A stretch of 64,000 nucleotides of DNA from Clostridia bacterium (GCA_045652205.1 JAZRTX010000023.1:8897-72896), one strand, 5' to 3'. Counted from the stretch's first letter, positions 49,054 to 57,880 are shown. Notes: generated by a model from the sequence alone, not told the origin. Numbers and translations: made by a program.

Positions 49054-49911
49054 TTAAAGCATATTTGCTTCTTTTAATTCGTTAATATACCTTTTTAATG
49101 CATCCTGCCAAGTGGGCAAAAGCATAAATCCGTTTTCCGTAAGTTTTGCCTTTGACATACGGGAATTTTTTGGTCTGACTGCTTTTTGCGGATACTGATC
49201 GCTTGTAATATAGTTTATCTTACAGTTTCTGTTGCCTAAAAGCATAATTTCTTTTGCAAAATCTGCCCAGGAACAAACGCCTTCGTTTGTAGCGTGGTAA
49301 ATACCGTACTTTTCACTTTTTGCCATTTCAACAAGAAGATAAGCTAAATCAAAAGTATAAGTTGGCGAACCTATCTGATCAGAAACTACATTAAGTTCTT
49401 CTCTGTCTGTTCCTAATCTAAGCATAGTTTTAACAAAATTATTGCCGTTAATACCAAATACCCAGGAAATACGCACGATAAAGTATTTTGTAAGGGCGCT
49501 TGTAACTTCATCTTCACCCAAAGATTTTGTTAATCCGTAGTAAGACTGCGGATTCTTTTTATCCGTTGGCTGATAGAAATTTTCGCCGTTACCTTCAAAA
49601 ACGTAATCGGTGCTTATATAGATAAGCTTTGCGTTAAGTTTTTTAGCAACGTTTACAATATTTTTTGTGCCAAGAACGTTTACCTTATGGCAGAGTTCTT
49701 TATCTTCTTCTGCCCTATCAACTGCGGTAAAAGCGGCGCAGTGAACAATAACGTCAGGATTATATAAGCTAATACATTTATCAACCTGTGCTTCATTTGT
49801 TAAATCAAAATCGTCAATATCAACGCCAAGGCAATCAATATTTTGTTTATTTAACTGTTTAACAACGTCATAACCAAGCTGACCTTTAACACCGGTAACA
49901 AGTACCTTCAT
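49054..49911 (-). CDS. rfbD: dTDP-4-dehydrorhamnose reductase
   Basis: MKVLVTGVKGQLG Rossmann start and YGLTK catalytic motif. Adjacent to rfbB/rfbC. Confidence 0.85.
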   Translation of the reverse strand: MKVLVTGVKGQLGYDVVKQLNKQNIDCLGVDIDDFDLTNEAQVDKCISLYNPDVIVHCAAFTAVDRAEEDKELCHKVNVLGTKNIVNVAKKLNAKLIYISTDYVFEGNGENFYQPTDKKNPQSYYGLTKSLGEDEVTSALTKYFIVRISWVFGINGNNFVKTMLRLGTDREELNVVSDQIGSPTYTFDLAYLLVEMAKSEKYGIYHATNEGVCSWADFAKEIMLLGNRNCKINYITSDQYPQKAVRPKNSRMSKAKLTENGFMLLPTWQDALKRYINELKEANML

Positions 49912-49914
49912 TTT

Positions 49915-50934
49915 TTACCTCTTTGAATACATTCTTTCATAATAATTCTGATAATCGCCCTTTAAGATGTTTTCCCACCAGGCTTTATTATCAAGATACC
50001 ATTCAACCGTCTTTTTAATACCGTCATCAAACTTGGTTGCCGGAAGCCAGCCAAGTTCATTATGAATCTTTGTTGGGTCAATAGCATAACGCATATCGTG
50101 GCCAGGACGGTCAAGAACATAAGTAATAAGACTTTCAGGCTTATCAAGTTCTTTAAGAATTGTTTTTACAACCTGAAGGTTTGTTCTTTCGTTATGTCCG
50201 CCGATATTATAAACTTCACCAACTCTGCCCTTGCGGATAACAAGGTCAATAGCGGAGCAATGGTCTTCAACGTAAAGCCAATCGCGAACGTTTTCACCTG
50301 TGCCGTAAACAGGAAGGCTTTCATCAGCCAAAGCCCTTGAAATAATCAATGGAATAAGTTTTTCGGGGAAATGATAAGGACCGTAGTTATTTGAGCAACG
50401 GGTAATTGAAACGGGAAGTTTAAAGGTACGGTGATATGCAAGTACCAATAAATCTGCCGCTGCTTTTGATGCGGAATATGGGCTTGAAGTGTGGATTGGT
50501 GTATCTTCTGTAAAGAAAAGTTCGGGTCTGTCAAGTGGAAGATCACCGTAAACTTCGTCAGTTGAAACCTGATGGTAACGCTTAATACCGTACTTACGGC
50601 AAGCATCCATTAAAACCTGTGTACCTAAAATGTTGGTACGAAGGAAAATTTCAGGATTTTCAATAGAACGGTCAACGTGGCTTTCTGCCGCAAAGTTTAC
50701 GATAATATCAGGCTTTTCTTCTTCAAAAAGCTTAAAAACACATTCCCTATCGGCAATATCGCCTTTTACGAAACGGAAATTTTCATTTTTCATAGCTTCA
50801 TCAAGAGTTTGAAGGTTGCCTGCGTAAGTTAAAGCGTCAAGACAAACTATTCTGTCCTCAGGATGATTTTTTAACTGATAGTAAACGAAATTGCTGCCGA
50901 TAAATCCGGCGCCGCCTGTAACGATAATTGTCAT
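49915..50934 (-). CDS. rfbB: dTDP-glucose 4,6-dehydratase
   Basis: VTGGAGFIGSNF, STDEVYG and YSASKAA motifs. Confidence 0.9.
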   Translation of the reverse strand: MTIIVTGGAGFIGSNFVYYQLKNHPEDRIVCLDALTYAGNLQTLDEAMKNENFRFVKGDIADRECVFKLFEEEKPDIIVNFAAESHVDRSIENPEIFLRTNILGTQVLMDACRKYGIKRYHQVSTDEVYGDLPLDRPELFFTEDTPIHTSSPYSASKAAADLLVLAYHRTFKLPVSITRCSNNYGPYHFPEKLIPLIISRALADESLPVYGTGENVRDWLYVEDHCSAIDLVIRKGRVGEVYNIGGHNERTNLQVVKTILKELDKPESLITYVLDRPGHDMRYAIDPTKIHNELGWLPATKFDDGIKKTVEWYLDNKAWWENILKGDYQNYYERMYSKR

Positions 50935-50937
50935 AAA

Positions 50938-51498
50938 TTATTCTCCTTTATATGTAAAATTACAATCGCTATCTTTAACTTTTGGTGCGTTCATATCCTT
51001 TTCGGAAACGATAGGATCTGTTACACCCCAATTAACACCGATTTCTTCATCATCAAAACGAATGGAACGGTCGTGTTCTTTTGAATAGAAGTTATCGCAT
51101 TTATACACAAACTGAACGTTATCAGTAAGTGTTAAGAAGCCGTGGCCAAACCCTTGGGGAATGAAAAACTGCTTTTTATTTTCACTTGATAATTCAACTG
51201 CAACCCACTGTAAATAGGTTGGTGAATTTTTTCTTAAATCTACCGCAATATCAAGCACTGCGCCCTGAACTACGCGCACAAGCTTTGATTGGGCAAAGGG
51301 TGCCTGCTGAAAATGAATACCCCTTAAAGTACCTTTTTTTGCAGTAAAGCTTTCGTTATCCTGCACAAATTCAACGTTAATGCCAACGTCTTCGTACTTC
51401 TTTTTGGACCAGCTTTCCATAAACCAACCGCGATGATCGCCGAACACGTCAGGCTCTAAGATCAAAACGCCGTCTAATTTGGTTTTTGTAACCTTCAT
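50938..51498 (-). CDS. rfbC: dTDP-4-dehydrorhamnose 3,5-epimerase
   Basis: FGDHRGWFMESW, RGIHFQ and VVDLR-type motifs. ATG 51498 follows GGAGGA. The track's longer ORF is an upstream extension. Confidence 0.9.
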   Translation of the reverse strand: MKVTKTKLDGVLILEPDVFGDHRGWFMESWSKKKYEDVGINVEFVQDNESFTAKKGTLRGIHFQQAPFAQSKLVRVVQGAVLDIAVDLRKNSPTYLQWVAVELSSENKKQFFIPQGFGHGFLTLTDNVQFVYKCDNFYSKEHDRSIRFDDEEIGVNWGVTDPIVSEKDMNAPKVKDSDCNFTYKGE

Positions 51499-51575
51499 AA
51501 AATCCTCCATATATAGAATAAATATTGATAATATTATACTGCTTTTTTTATTTGTTTGCAAGAACTATTATTTTT

Positions 51576-52586
51576 TTAAATAAAACAGTAGTTTGTATCC
51601 CAGGCAGGAATATATTTTAAATGCCTTAAATATACCTTGTAATTAGGGTTTATGCTACGAACAAGCAAGGGAATTTCAAAAATATCTTCACTTCTGTGAT
51701 AAGCAGAAACAAGCATTTTTGCACCGTTTTTAATTTGGTTTTTTGCACCAAGAATTGCCGCTGCTTCCTGACCTTCAACATCCATTTTAATAAAGGAAAA
51801 ATCAGTTTTTAAGCTGTCAACCGAAACACATTCTATTGGTGTTTCACCGCCTTTGCGGGAATTTCTGCCACCCTTTTGTGCAAAGAGCATTTCACCTGTT
51901 TTTTCGCTTACCGCTTTATTTAAACAGGTAATATTATTTAAGTGCTGTGTGTTTTTTACTAATTTATTATAGTTTTTTATATCAGGCTCTAACGCACAGA
52001 TACTGTTATAACCTTGAACTTTATTTGCAAATTTAAGCACTGTATCACCGTTATAAGCACCAAGATCCAAGTAGGTTTCAGTATTATTTAAGTTAAAGAG
52101 ATTTATCATCTCATCTTCGCTTGTTTCAGCGTTTATTAAGTGATGGATTTCACCGTCTAACTTATACTCAATGATTTCCTTAAAAACCTTTTTGGATTGT
52201 TCGTCACTTAAAAGTGAGTACGCATATTCAATTTTTTCTTTATTTTTCTTTGCAAACTCATAAGTAAACAAAGGACCTTCAACCACAGGGTTTTCGGGGG
52301 CGTAGGTTGGCACGTTTAAAGAAAGTATATTATCAATAACCTCCTGCCTTTGCGTACCAAAGGAAACCAGCACAATCATATCGGGGTAAAGTTCCTTTGC
52401 TTCTTTAAAAGTAAGCACCTTTTTGCCTTTAAAATAGTGACCGCGGACAAAACCGTCGCTTGCAAAAAAGCCTGCCGGAGTAATTGAATACTCGTTTAAG
52501 GCGTTTAGCATAAGCTCTGCGCCTAAACCCATACCGTAAAGTAGTATCGGGCGGTTTTCCCTTTTAAGTTTTTGCCATATATCCAT
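51576..52586 (-). CDS. FkbM family methyltransferase
   Basis: YLDLGAYNGDT SAM motif and IKMDVEGQE motif. Confidence 0.75.
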   Translation of the reverse strand: MDIWQKLKRENRPILLYGMGLGAELMLNALNEYSITPAGFFASDGFVRGHYFKGKKVLTFKEAKELYPDMIVLVSFGTQRQEVIDNILSLNVPTYAPENPVVEGPLFTYEFAKKNKEKIEYAYSLLSDEQSKKVFKEIIEYKLDGEIHHLINAETSEDEMINLFNLNNTETYLDLGAYNGDTVLKFANKVQGYNSICALEPDIKNYNKLVKNTQHLNNITCLNKAVSEKTGEMLFAQKGGRNSRKGGETPIECVSVDSLKTDFSFIKMDVEGQEAAAILGAKNQIKNGAKMLVSAYHRSEDIFEIPLLVRSINPNYKVYLRHLKYIPAWDTNYCFI

Positions 52587-52598
52587 AGTTTTACCTTT

Positions 52599-53975
52599 TT
52601 ATACGATATTTTTAACCCATACGCCTTTTTTAACGAAAATTCCGCCAATGATACATTTAAGAACGGAGAGCATTTGCCCGATAAAATAAAGAGGCAAAAT
52701 AGGAAGCGTAGTAAACTGACTTAAAATAAATATTACAGGCACGCATATTGCCCAAACGAAACCGCTATCAAACAAGAAGGTAATAAAGCTTTTGCCGCCT
52801 GACCTTAAAGTAAAATACGTTGCGTTTGCAAAAGCATCAACAGGCATAGCAATTGCAGTTATTTTCATTAAATCAGATGCAAGTGATTTTACGGAATCAG
52901 TAGTTTCGTAGAACATAGGAATAAAGCTTGAACAAATAAAATACGCTGTTGCAACTATCAAGCTGATAAATACTGAAAATGCAATTAACTTATAGCTTGC
53001 TTCGTGAGCTTCCTTTGTTTTATTTGCGCCAAGAAGCTGACCTAAAATAATACCGATAGCCGCACCTACAGCCATAAAGGCAACTGAGAAAACGTTAAAG
53101 AAGGTTGAAGAAATGTTTACACCTGCAACAACGTCTAACCCGCGAACTGAATATCTTTGTGTTAAAAATGCCATACCTGCTGCCCAAAGAGTTTCGTTAA
53201 GCATTAACGGTATGCCCTTTATGGAAATCTGTTTAATTAAAGAAAGGGGAACAAAAAGGCTTTTGTATGCACCGATAATAAAACGGTTTTCACTTTCGTG
53301 CACTCTTGTCCAAACAGCAATAAAGAAAAGCTCTACAAACCTTGAAATTACTGTTGCAATTGCCGCACCATTAACGCCAAGGCGCGGTGCACCACAGTGA
53401 CCGAATATTAAAATATAGTTTAACGTAAGATTAACTAAAACTGCCACAATACCTGCGTACATTGGTACTTTGGGTTTGCCGGTTTCCCTTAACGTACTTG
53501 AATAGCCTTGTACCAAGGATGCAGGAATAAGACCGATAAGCATTATAAAAAGATATTCTTTTGCGTAATTAAGGGTTAAAATTGCATCTTCAGGACTGCC
53601 TTCACCTGTTAAATATCCTTTTAACAAAGGCTCGTTAAAAAGAAGAAATAGAAAAATACCGATTAAAGAAATCAAAAAGCAAAAAATAAGTTTAAAGCGG
53701 AAAGTAAAACGGACGCCTTCATCATCCTTTTTGCCTGCATACTGGGCACCGAATATTCCTGCGCCTGAAACTGCACCGAAAATACAAAGGTTAAATACAA
53801 ATATAAGCTGATTGGCAATAGAAACGCCTGACATTTCTACCGTACCAAGCCTGCCTACCATAATGTTATCTAACATATTTACAAACTGCATTATGCCGTT
53901 TTGTATCATAATCGGAACCATTAAGGAAATAACGGTTTTATAAAATTGTTTAGTGCCGATAAGTTTTTTAAACAT
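52599..53975 (-). CDS. MATE/MOP superfamily transporter
   Basis: 12-TM protein with a MATE N-terminal pattern (VPIMIQNGIMQFVNMLDNIMVGRLG). Confidence 0.8.
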   Translation of the reverse strand: MFKKLIGTKQFYKTVISLMVPIMIQNGIMQFVNMLDNIMVGRLGTVEMSGVSIANQLIFVFNLCIFGAVSGAGIFGAQYAGKKDDEGVRFTFRFKLIFCFLISLIGIFLFLLFNEPLLKGYLTGEGSPEDAILTLNYAKEYLFIMLIGLIPASLVQGYSSTLRETGKPKVPMYAGIVAVLVNLTLNYILIFGHCGAPRLGVNGAAIATVISRFVELFFIAVWTRVHESENRFIIGAYKSLFVPLSLIKQISIKGIPLMLNETLWAAGMAFLTQRYSVRGLDVVAGVNISSTFFNVFSVAFMAVGAAIGIILGQLLGANKTKEAHEASYKLIAFSVFISLIVATAYFICSSFIPMFYETTDSVKSLASDLMKITAIAMPVDAFANATYFTLRSGGKSFITFLFDSGFVWAICVPVIFILSQFTTLPILPLYFIGQMLSVLKCIIGGIFVKKGVWVKNIV

Positions 53976-54032
53976 TTGTTTTCTCCATTAAATATATATA
54001 TTGATATTATATATTTATGTATAAAAAAAGTC

Positions 54033-54062
54033 AAATTAAAAAGCCCCGTTAAAACGGGGCTT
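54033..54062 (-). terminator. intrinsic terminator after the 37-codon gene
   Basis: AAGCCCCG / CGGGGCTT stem followed by TTTAATTT on the minus strand. Confidence 0.75.
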
Positions 54063-54069
54063 AATTTAA

Positions 54070-54183
54070 TTAATCAAAAGGATCAAAAGGAAGATTTACT
54101 ATACCGCCTGAGCTTGCTGTAACAACATCTTCAGACTTAATGGTAAGTATTTGAATTTCTGGTGCAGAGTATGTCGTTTTCAT
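54070..54183 (-). CDS. stand-alone small protein/peptide, 37 aa: MKTTYSAPEIQILTIKSEDVVTASSGGIVNLPFDPFD
   Basis: Below the 60-aa cutoff of the track. ATG 54183 lies 9 nt after AAAGGAGAA. It has its own promoter and terminator. Confidence 0.55.
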   Translation of the reverse strand: MKTTYSAPEIQILTIKSEDVVTASSGGIVNLPFDPFD

Positions 54184-54216
54184 ATATAAACATTCTCCTT
54201 TCACAAATATGATAGT

Positions 54217-54245
54217 ATTGTATCACAACAAAATCATTAGGTCAA
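54217..54245 (-). promoter_or_regulatory. sigma-A promoter of the 37-codon gene
   Basis: TTGACC (54240-54245), 17 nt, TG-extended TACAAT (54217-54222) on the minus strand. Confidence 0.6.
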
Positions 54246-54248
54246 CAA

Positions 54249-55466
54249 TTATCTTATGCCATATTTTTCAATGATATAATCCATATCCTTATCGCCACGG
54301 CCTGAAAGGTTAATTAAGACTGAACCTTTACCCATTGTTTTGGCAAGCTTCATACCGTATGCAACTGCGTGGGCGCTTTCAATAGCGGGAATAATACCTT
54401 CTAAACGAGAAAGAGTGAAGAATGCATCAATGGTTTCATCGTCATTGATAACGTCATACTTAACTCTGCCTAAATCGTGTAAGAAAGCGTGTTCAGGACC
54501 TGAGGAAGGATAATCAAGACCGCTTGCAACAGAATAAACGGGAGCAGGCTCACCGTTTGCATCCTTTAACATAATACTGTTAAAGCCGTGCATAATGCCC
54601 TCTGTTCCATACTTTAAGCTTGCGGCGTGATCGCCTAACTTTTCGCCCCTGCCTAACGGTTCAACACCGTAAAGTTCAACAGGATCGTTTAAGAAGCCTG
54701 CAAACATTCCCATTGAGTTTGAGCCACCGCCAACACAGGCAACAACTGCATCAGGCAATTCGCCCGTCATTGAAACGAACTGTTCCCTTGCTTCAATACC
54801 AACAACGCTTTGGAAATCGCGAACCATCATAGGAAATGGATGCGGTCCTAAAACTGAACCGATGCAGTAAATGGCATCTTTATATTCCTTGCAGTAAGCA
54901 TCAAAAGCGGCGTCAACTGCTTCCTTTAAGGTAGCAAGGCCGTGAGTAACCTCAATAACGTTTGCGCCTAAAATCTTCATTCTTGCAACGTTTGGCGCCT
55001 GTTTTTTAATATCAACAGAACCCATATAAATATCGCACTCTAAAACAAAGTATGCGGCGGCAGTAGCAAGAGCAACACCGTGCTGACCTGCGCCTGTTTC
55101 TGCAATAACTTTCTTTTTGCCCATATATTTAGCCAAAAGCGCTTCACCCATACAGTGATTAAGTTTATGTGCGCCTGTATGGTTAAGGTCTTCACGCTTA
55201 ACGTAAAGCTGAACGTTGCCTAAGGATGTTGAAAGCCTTTCTAAATGGGAAATGGGAGTTGGTCTGCCCTGAAAATCCCTGCGGATCTGACGAAGCTCGT
55301 TAATAAACTTTGTGGATTTGCAGATGGTAAAGTAGGCTTCGGTAATTTCTTTCATAGCTTTTTTTAATTCATCGCTTACGTAAGCGCCGCCGTATTTACC
55401 AAAAAAGCCTTTATCATCGGGATATTTTTTAAAATATGTATCAAAATCTATTTCGTTAAATTTCAT
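54249..55466 (-). CDS. trpB: tryptophan synthase beta chain, orphan (no trpA or other trp genes in the window)
   Basis: [18 protein letters not shown] (PLP lysine), ETGAGQHG and GGGSNSMG motifs. Confidence 0.85.
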   Translation of the reverse strand: MKFNEIDFDTYFKKYPDDKGFFGKYGGAYVSDELKKAMKEITEAYFTICKSTKFINELRQIRRDFQGRPTPISHLERLSTSLGNVQLYVKREDLNHTGAHKLNHCMGEALLAKYMGKKKVIAETGAGQHGVALATAAAYFVLECDIYMGSVDIKKQAPNVARMKILGANVIEVTHGLATLKEAVDAAFDAYCKEYKDAIYCIGSVLGPHPFPMMVRDFQSVVGIEAREQFVSMTGELPDAVVACVGGGSNSMGMFAGFLNDPVELYGVEPLGRGEKLGDHAASLKYGTEGIMHGFNSIMLKDANGEPAPVYSVASGLDYPSSGPEHAFLHDLGRVKYDVINDDETIDAFFTLSRLEGIIPAIESAHAVAYGMKLAKTMGKGSVLINLSGRGDKDMDYIIEKYGIR

Positions 55467-55550
55467 TATTAATTTCTCCTTAAAAATTCTTTTTCATATT
55501 AAAAATCAAAAGAACTTACGCCATCGCTTTGTTTTCATCAAAATCACCTT

Positions 55551-55588
55551 AAAAATAAAAATCCTATCCCACAAATATATGGGACAGG
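55551..55588 (-). terminator. intrinsic-terminator-like hairpin inside the trpB leader (or the YitT terminator)
   Basis: CCUGUCCCA / UGGGAUAGG 9-bp stem (one G-U pair) followed by AUUUUUAUUUUU on the minus strand. Confidence 0.6.
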
Positions 55589-55620
55589 ACGTAATTTATC
55601 CTGCATATTTATTAAAATAA

Positions 55621-55649
55621 ATATTATCACACCAATATTGTTATGTCAA
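55621..55649 (-). promoter_or_regulatory. sigma-A promoter upstream of the trpB leader
   Basis: TTGACA (55644-55649), 17 nt, TG-extended TAATAT (55621-55626) on the minus strand. Confidence 0.55.
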
Positions 55650-55664
55650 GGGTTTTTAACGAAA

Positions 55665-56504
55665 TTAACCATTTCCCTTAAAACCCTCGCCCCAGATTTC
55701 GTGGGCATCGTTTATTATAATAAACGCTTTTTCATCTCGTTTTTTAATATAATTTACAATCATCGGAACTTCTTTTGGGCTGACCGCTGAAAGAAGCATT
55801 GTACTTTTTTCGTTTTTATACATTCCTTTTGCCTGTATTCCTGTAACGCCACGGTGAAAATTTTGCATAATACCCGTTGCGATTTCCTCGCTTTTTTGTG
55901 ATAAAACAAAAAGGGTTTTTGCCCTATCGCCAATAAGCAAAATACCATCGGTTATTTTTGATGAAATAAACAGGGAAACAAAAGAATAAACGCCAACAGT
56001 TACGCTTTTAAATATTAAAGCGGAAATGCCAACGATAATTAAATCTACCGTTAAAATTATTTTTGCCATTGAAATATGCGGAAAATATTTATAAAGCATT
56101 AACGCTAAAAAATCGCTTCCGCCTGTTGACGCGCCCTGCCGAATAACAAGACCTAAGCCAACGCCAACCAATATTCCGCCTAAAACACAAGAAGCAAGCA
56201 TATCTTCACTATACGTTGGAATAAAAGCCGTTATTTCTAAAAAAAGTGAAAGGCTGACTATACCAAGCACGGTTTTAATTAACGCTTTTTTGCCTAAAAT
56301 TTTAACGCCAAACAAAAATAAAATGCCGTTTAAAATAATATTGGTTAAAGATAAGGGCACGTTAAAAAGATGCTTTAACACCGTTGCTATTGTGCCTATT
56401 CCACCTGTTGAAAGTTTTTGGGGAACAAGAAAAACATTTAACCCCAAGCTAAGAAAAAATGCACCGAAGATTATAAAAAAATATTCTTTTATTTTTAAAA
56501 ACAT
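55665..56504 (-). CDS. YitT family membrane protein (DUF2179 C-terminal domain)
   Basis: Five or six TM segments with GGIGTIA and GGSDFLA motifs, plus a soluble C-terminal domain. Confidence 0.8.
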   Translation of the reverse strand: MFLKIKEYFFIIFGAFFLSLGLNVFLVPQKLSTGGIGTIATVLKHLFNVPLSLTNIILNGILFLFGVKILGKKALIKTVLGIVSLSLFLEITAFIPTYSEDMLASCVLGGILVGVGLGLVIRQGASTGGSDFLALMLYKYFPHISMAKIILTVDLIIVGISALIFKSVTVGVYSFVSLFISSKITDGILLIGDRAKTLFVLSQKSEEIATGIMQNFHRGVTGIQAKGMYKNEKSTMLLSAVSPKEVPMIVNYIKKRDEKAFIIINDAHEIWGEGFKGNG

Positions 56505-56539
56505 ACTATCACCTTAAAAATAGTATATGCAATTAAAAA

Positions 56540-56579
56540 CAAAAAAACAGGCTTAAAAAAGCCTGCTTTTGTTTTTTTA
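56540..56579 (-). terminator. intrinsic terminator after the 56580 lipoprotein gene
   Basis: AACAGGCTT / AAGCCTGCTT stem with flanking A/T tracts. Confidence 0.6.
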
Positions 56580-57014
56580 TTATTTGCGTTCAAAAACAAC
56601 CTGTTCAACTTCAATCATTTCACCTGTTGAGGTTTTAACGTTAAAATCATATTTCCAGCAAAGTTTACCATCTTGCTGTAAAGAAGCGGTGCTTGCTTCA
56701 CTTTCTGTTCCATCTGAATATTTAAGAACGATGGTGATTTGTTTAGCAGTTTCATCAAAGGTCCAGGCAACATCTGTGTTTTTGCCCATTTTACCTGTGC
56801 CGTCTGCATTAAGTGTAATATTCATACTAAATGGAGAATCAGTTGTATTTTCTTTTGACCAAGAGCCTACGTAAGCTTCCTTTTTTGTAATATCAAGGGG
56901 TGTTGGGTCATTTTTTGCACCGCCACCGCCACCATTGGTTGCAGGTTCTTCACCGCAAGCCACAAAGGAAAAAGCAAGTACGATAGTTAATGCAAGAACT
57001 AATAATTTTTTCAT
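56580..57014 (-). CDS. hypothetical small lipoprotein
   Basis: Lipobox FVAC, Gly-rich linker, 144 aa. Confidence 0.6.
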   Translation of the reverse strand: MKKLLVLALTIVLAFSFVACGEEPATNGGGGGAKNDPTPLDITKKEAYVGSWSKENTTDSPFSMNITLNADGTGKMGKNTDVAWTFDETAKQITIVLKYSDGTESEASTASLQQDGKLCWKYDFNVKTSTGEMIEVEQVVFERK

Positions 57015-57099
57015 AATAAAATCCTTTCGTCAATTAAATTTATTTTAACTAATTCTACTATTTTTAAAGTGCATTGTCAATACGAATTTATTTATTAAA

Positions 57100-57127
57100 A
57101 CAAAAAAGCGCCGAAAAATCGGCGCTT
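57100..57127 (-). terminator. intrinsic terminator after the Cys-rich gene
   Basis: AGCGCCG / CGGCGCT stem followed by TTTTTTG on the minus strand. Confidence 0.75.
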
Positions 57128-57133
57128 AAAAAT

Positions 57134-57802
57134 TTAATTGCAACAACAATCGTTAATTGCAGGCGGGAAAATAGGCAGGTTAAAGAACTCATCACACACT
57201 TCGCTTGCAAATTCTTCGCAAGGAGGGATTCTGCAAAAACCGTAAGCGGGAACAAGTAATTCAACTTCGGCAACAATTTTAAGTATTACCGTTACGCAGG
57301 CTGTAAGGCAGAAGGTGTTTTCGCCACTGTAACAGCCAAGAACACAGATGGCGCTTACAATATTATCCACTTCGTAAGGAATAATGGATTCATCGGGAAC
57401 GAAAAGCACAACGTCTTTACAAACGGTGATTACACCCCTGCCGCTGCCTTCCCTACCGCAGTTATCTTCAAAAAGAATTTCTACGGGAATATCAATCTTA
57501 CACTTTACACGCGCAAAATTAGGGCGATCGCAAATGCGGTCAATGGTTAAATCCCTTACCCTTCCTTTAGTGGATGTAGAACGGCAACTGATAAAGGTTA
57601 CGGGTGCTTCAAATTTTACGTTGCCCGGGCAGATGTCAGTTAAACGGACACTTATGTTATCAAGCTGTTCCTGTTGCATACAGGAATCGTATATCTTTTT
57701 TACTTGTATGCATACTCTTTCGGTAAGCCCGTTTAAAGAATCGCCGTTAATTCTGCCGGGGCAAACCTCGTTTTCGCTGTTTCTGTATGAGTAAAACGAC
57801 AT
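57134..57802 (-). CDS. cysteine-rich protein (19 Cys in 222 aa, C-terminal CCCN), candidate spore coat/exosporium component
   Basis: SD AAGGAGGA 8 nt upstream, no signal peptide. RVCIQVKKIYDSC helix is reminiscent of the CotY/CotZ/ExsY N-terminal pattern. Sigma-K-like promoter upstream. Confidence 0.5.
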   Translation of the reverse strand: MSFYSYRNSENEVCPGRINGDSLNGLTERVCIQVKKIYDSCMQQEQLDNISVRLTDICPGNVKFEAPVTFISCRSTSTKGRVRDLTIDRICDRPNFARVKCKIDIPVEILFEDNCGREGSGRGVITVCKDVVLFVPDESIIPYEVDNIVSAICVLGCYSGENTFCLTACVTVILKIVAEVELLVPAYGFCRIPPCEEFASEVCDEFFNLPIFPPAINDCCCN

Positions 57803-57849
57803 ATATTATCCTCCTTTTTAAAAATATTATATTTCCTTTTGTACATTTA

Positions 57850-57877
57850 TATCTTATGCATTAAAGTTTTGCTATGT
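57850..57877 (-). promoter_or_regulatory. sigma-K-like promoter (AC, 17 nt, CATAAGATA)
   Basis: On the minus strand, AC at 57877-57876, 17-nt spacer, CATAAGATA at 57858-57850. This matches the B. subtilis-type consensus AC-N16/17-CATANNNTA. Confidence 0.35.
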
Positions 57878-57880
57878 GAA

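Noticed and set aside
55467-55664. T-box or TRAP control of trpB
   Set aside because: No T-box consensus (…GGGTGGTACCGCG…) or specifier-loop architecture, the leader is too short, and there is no series of (G/U)AG triplets for TRAP.
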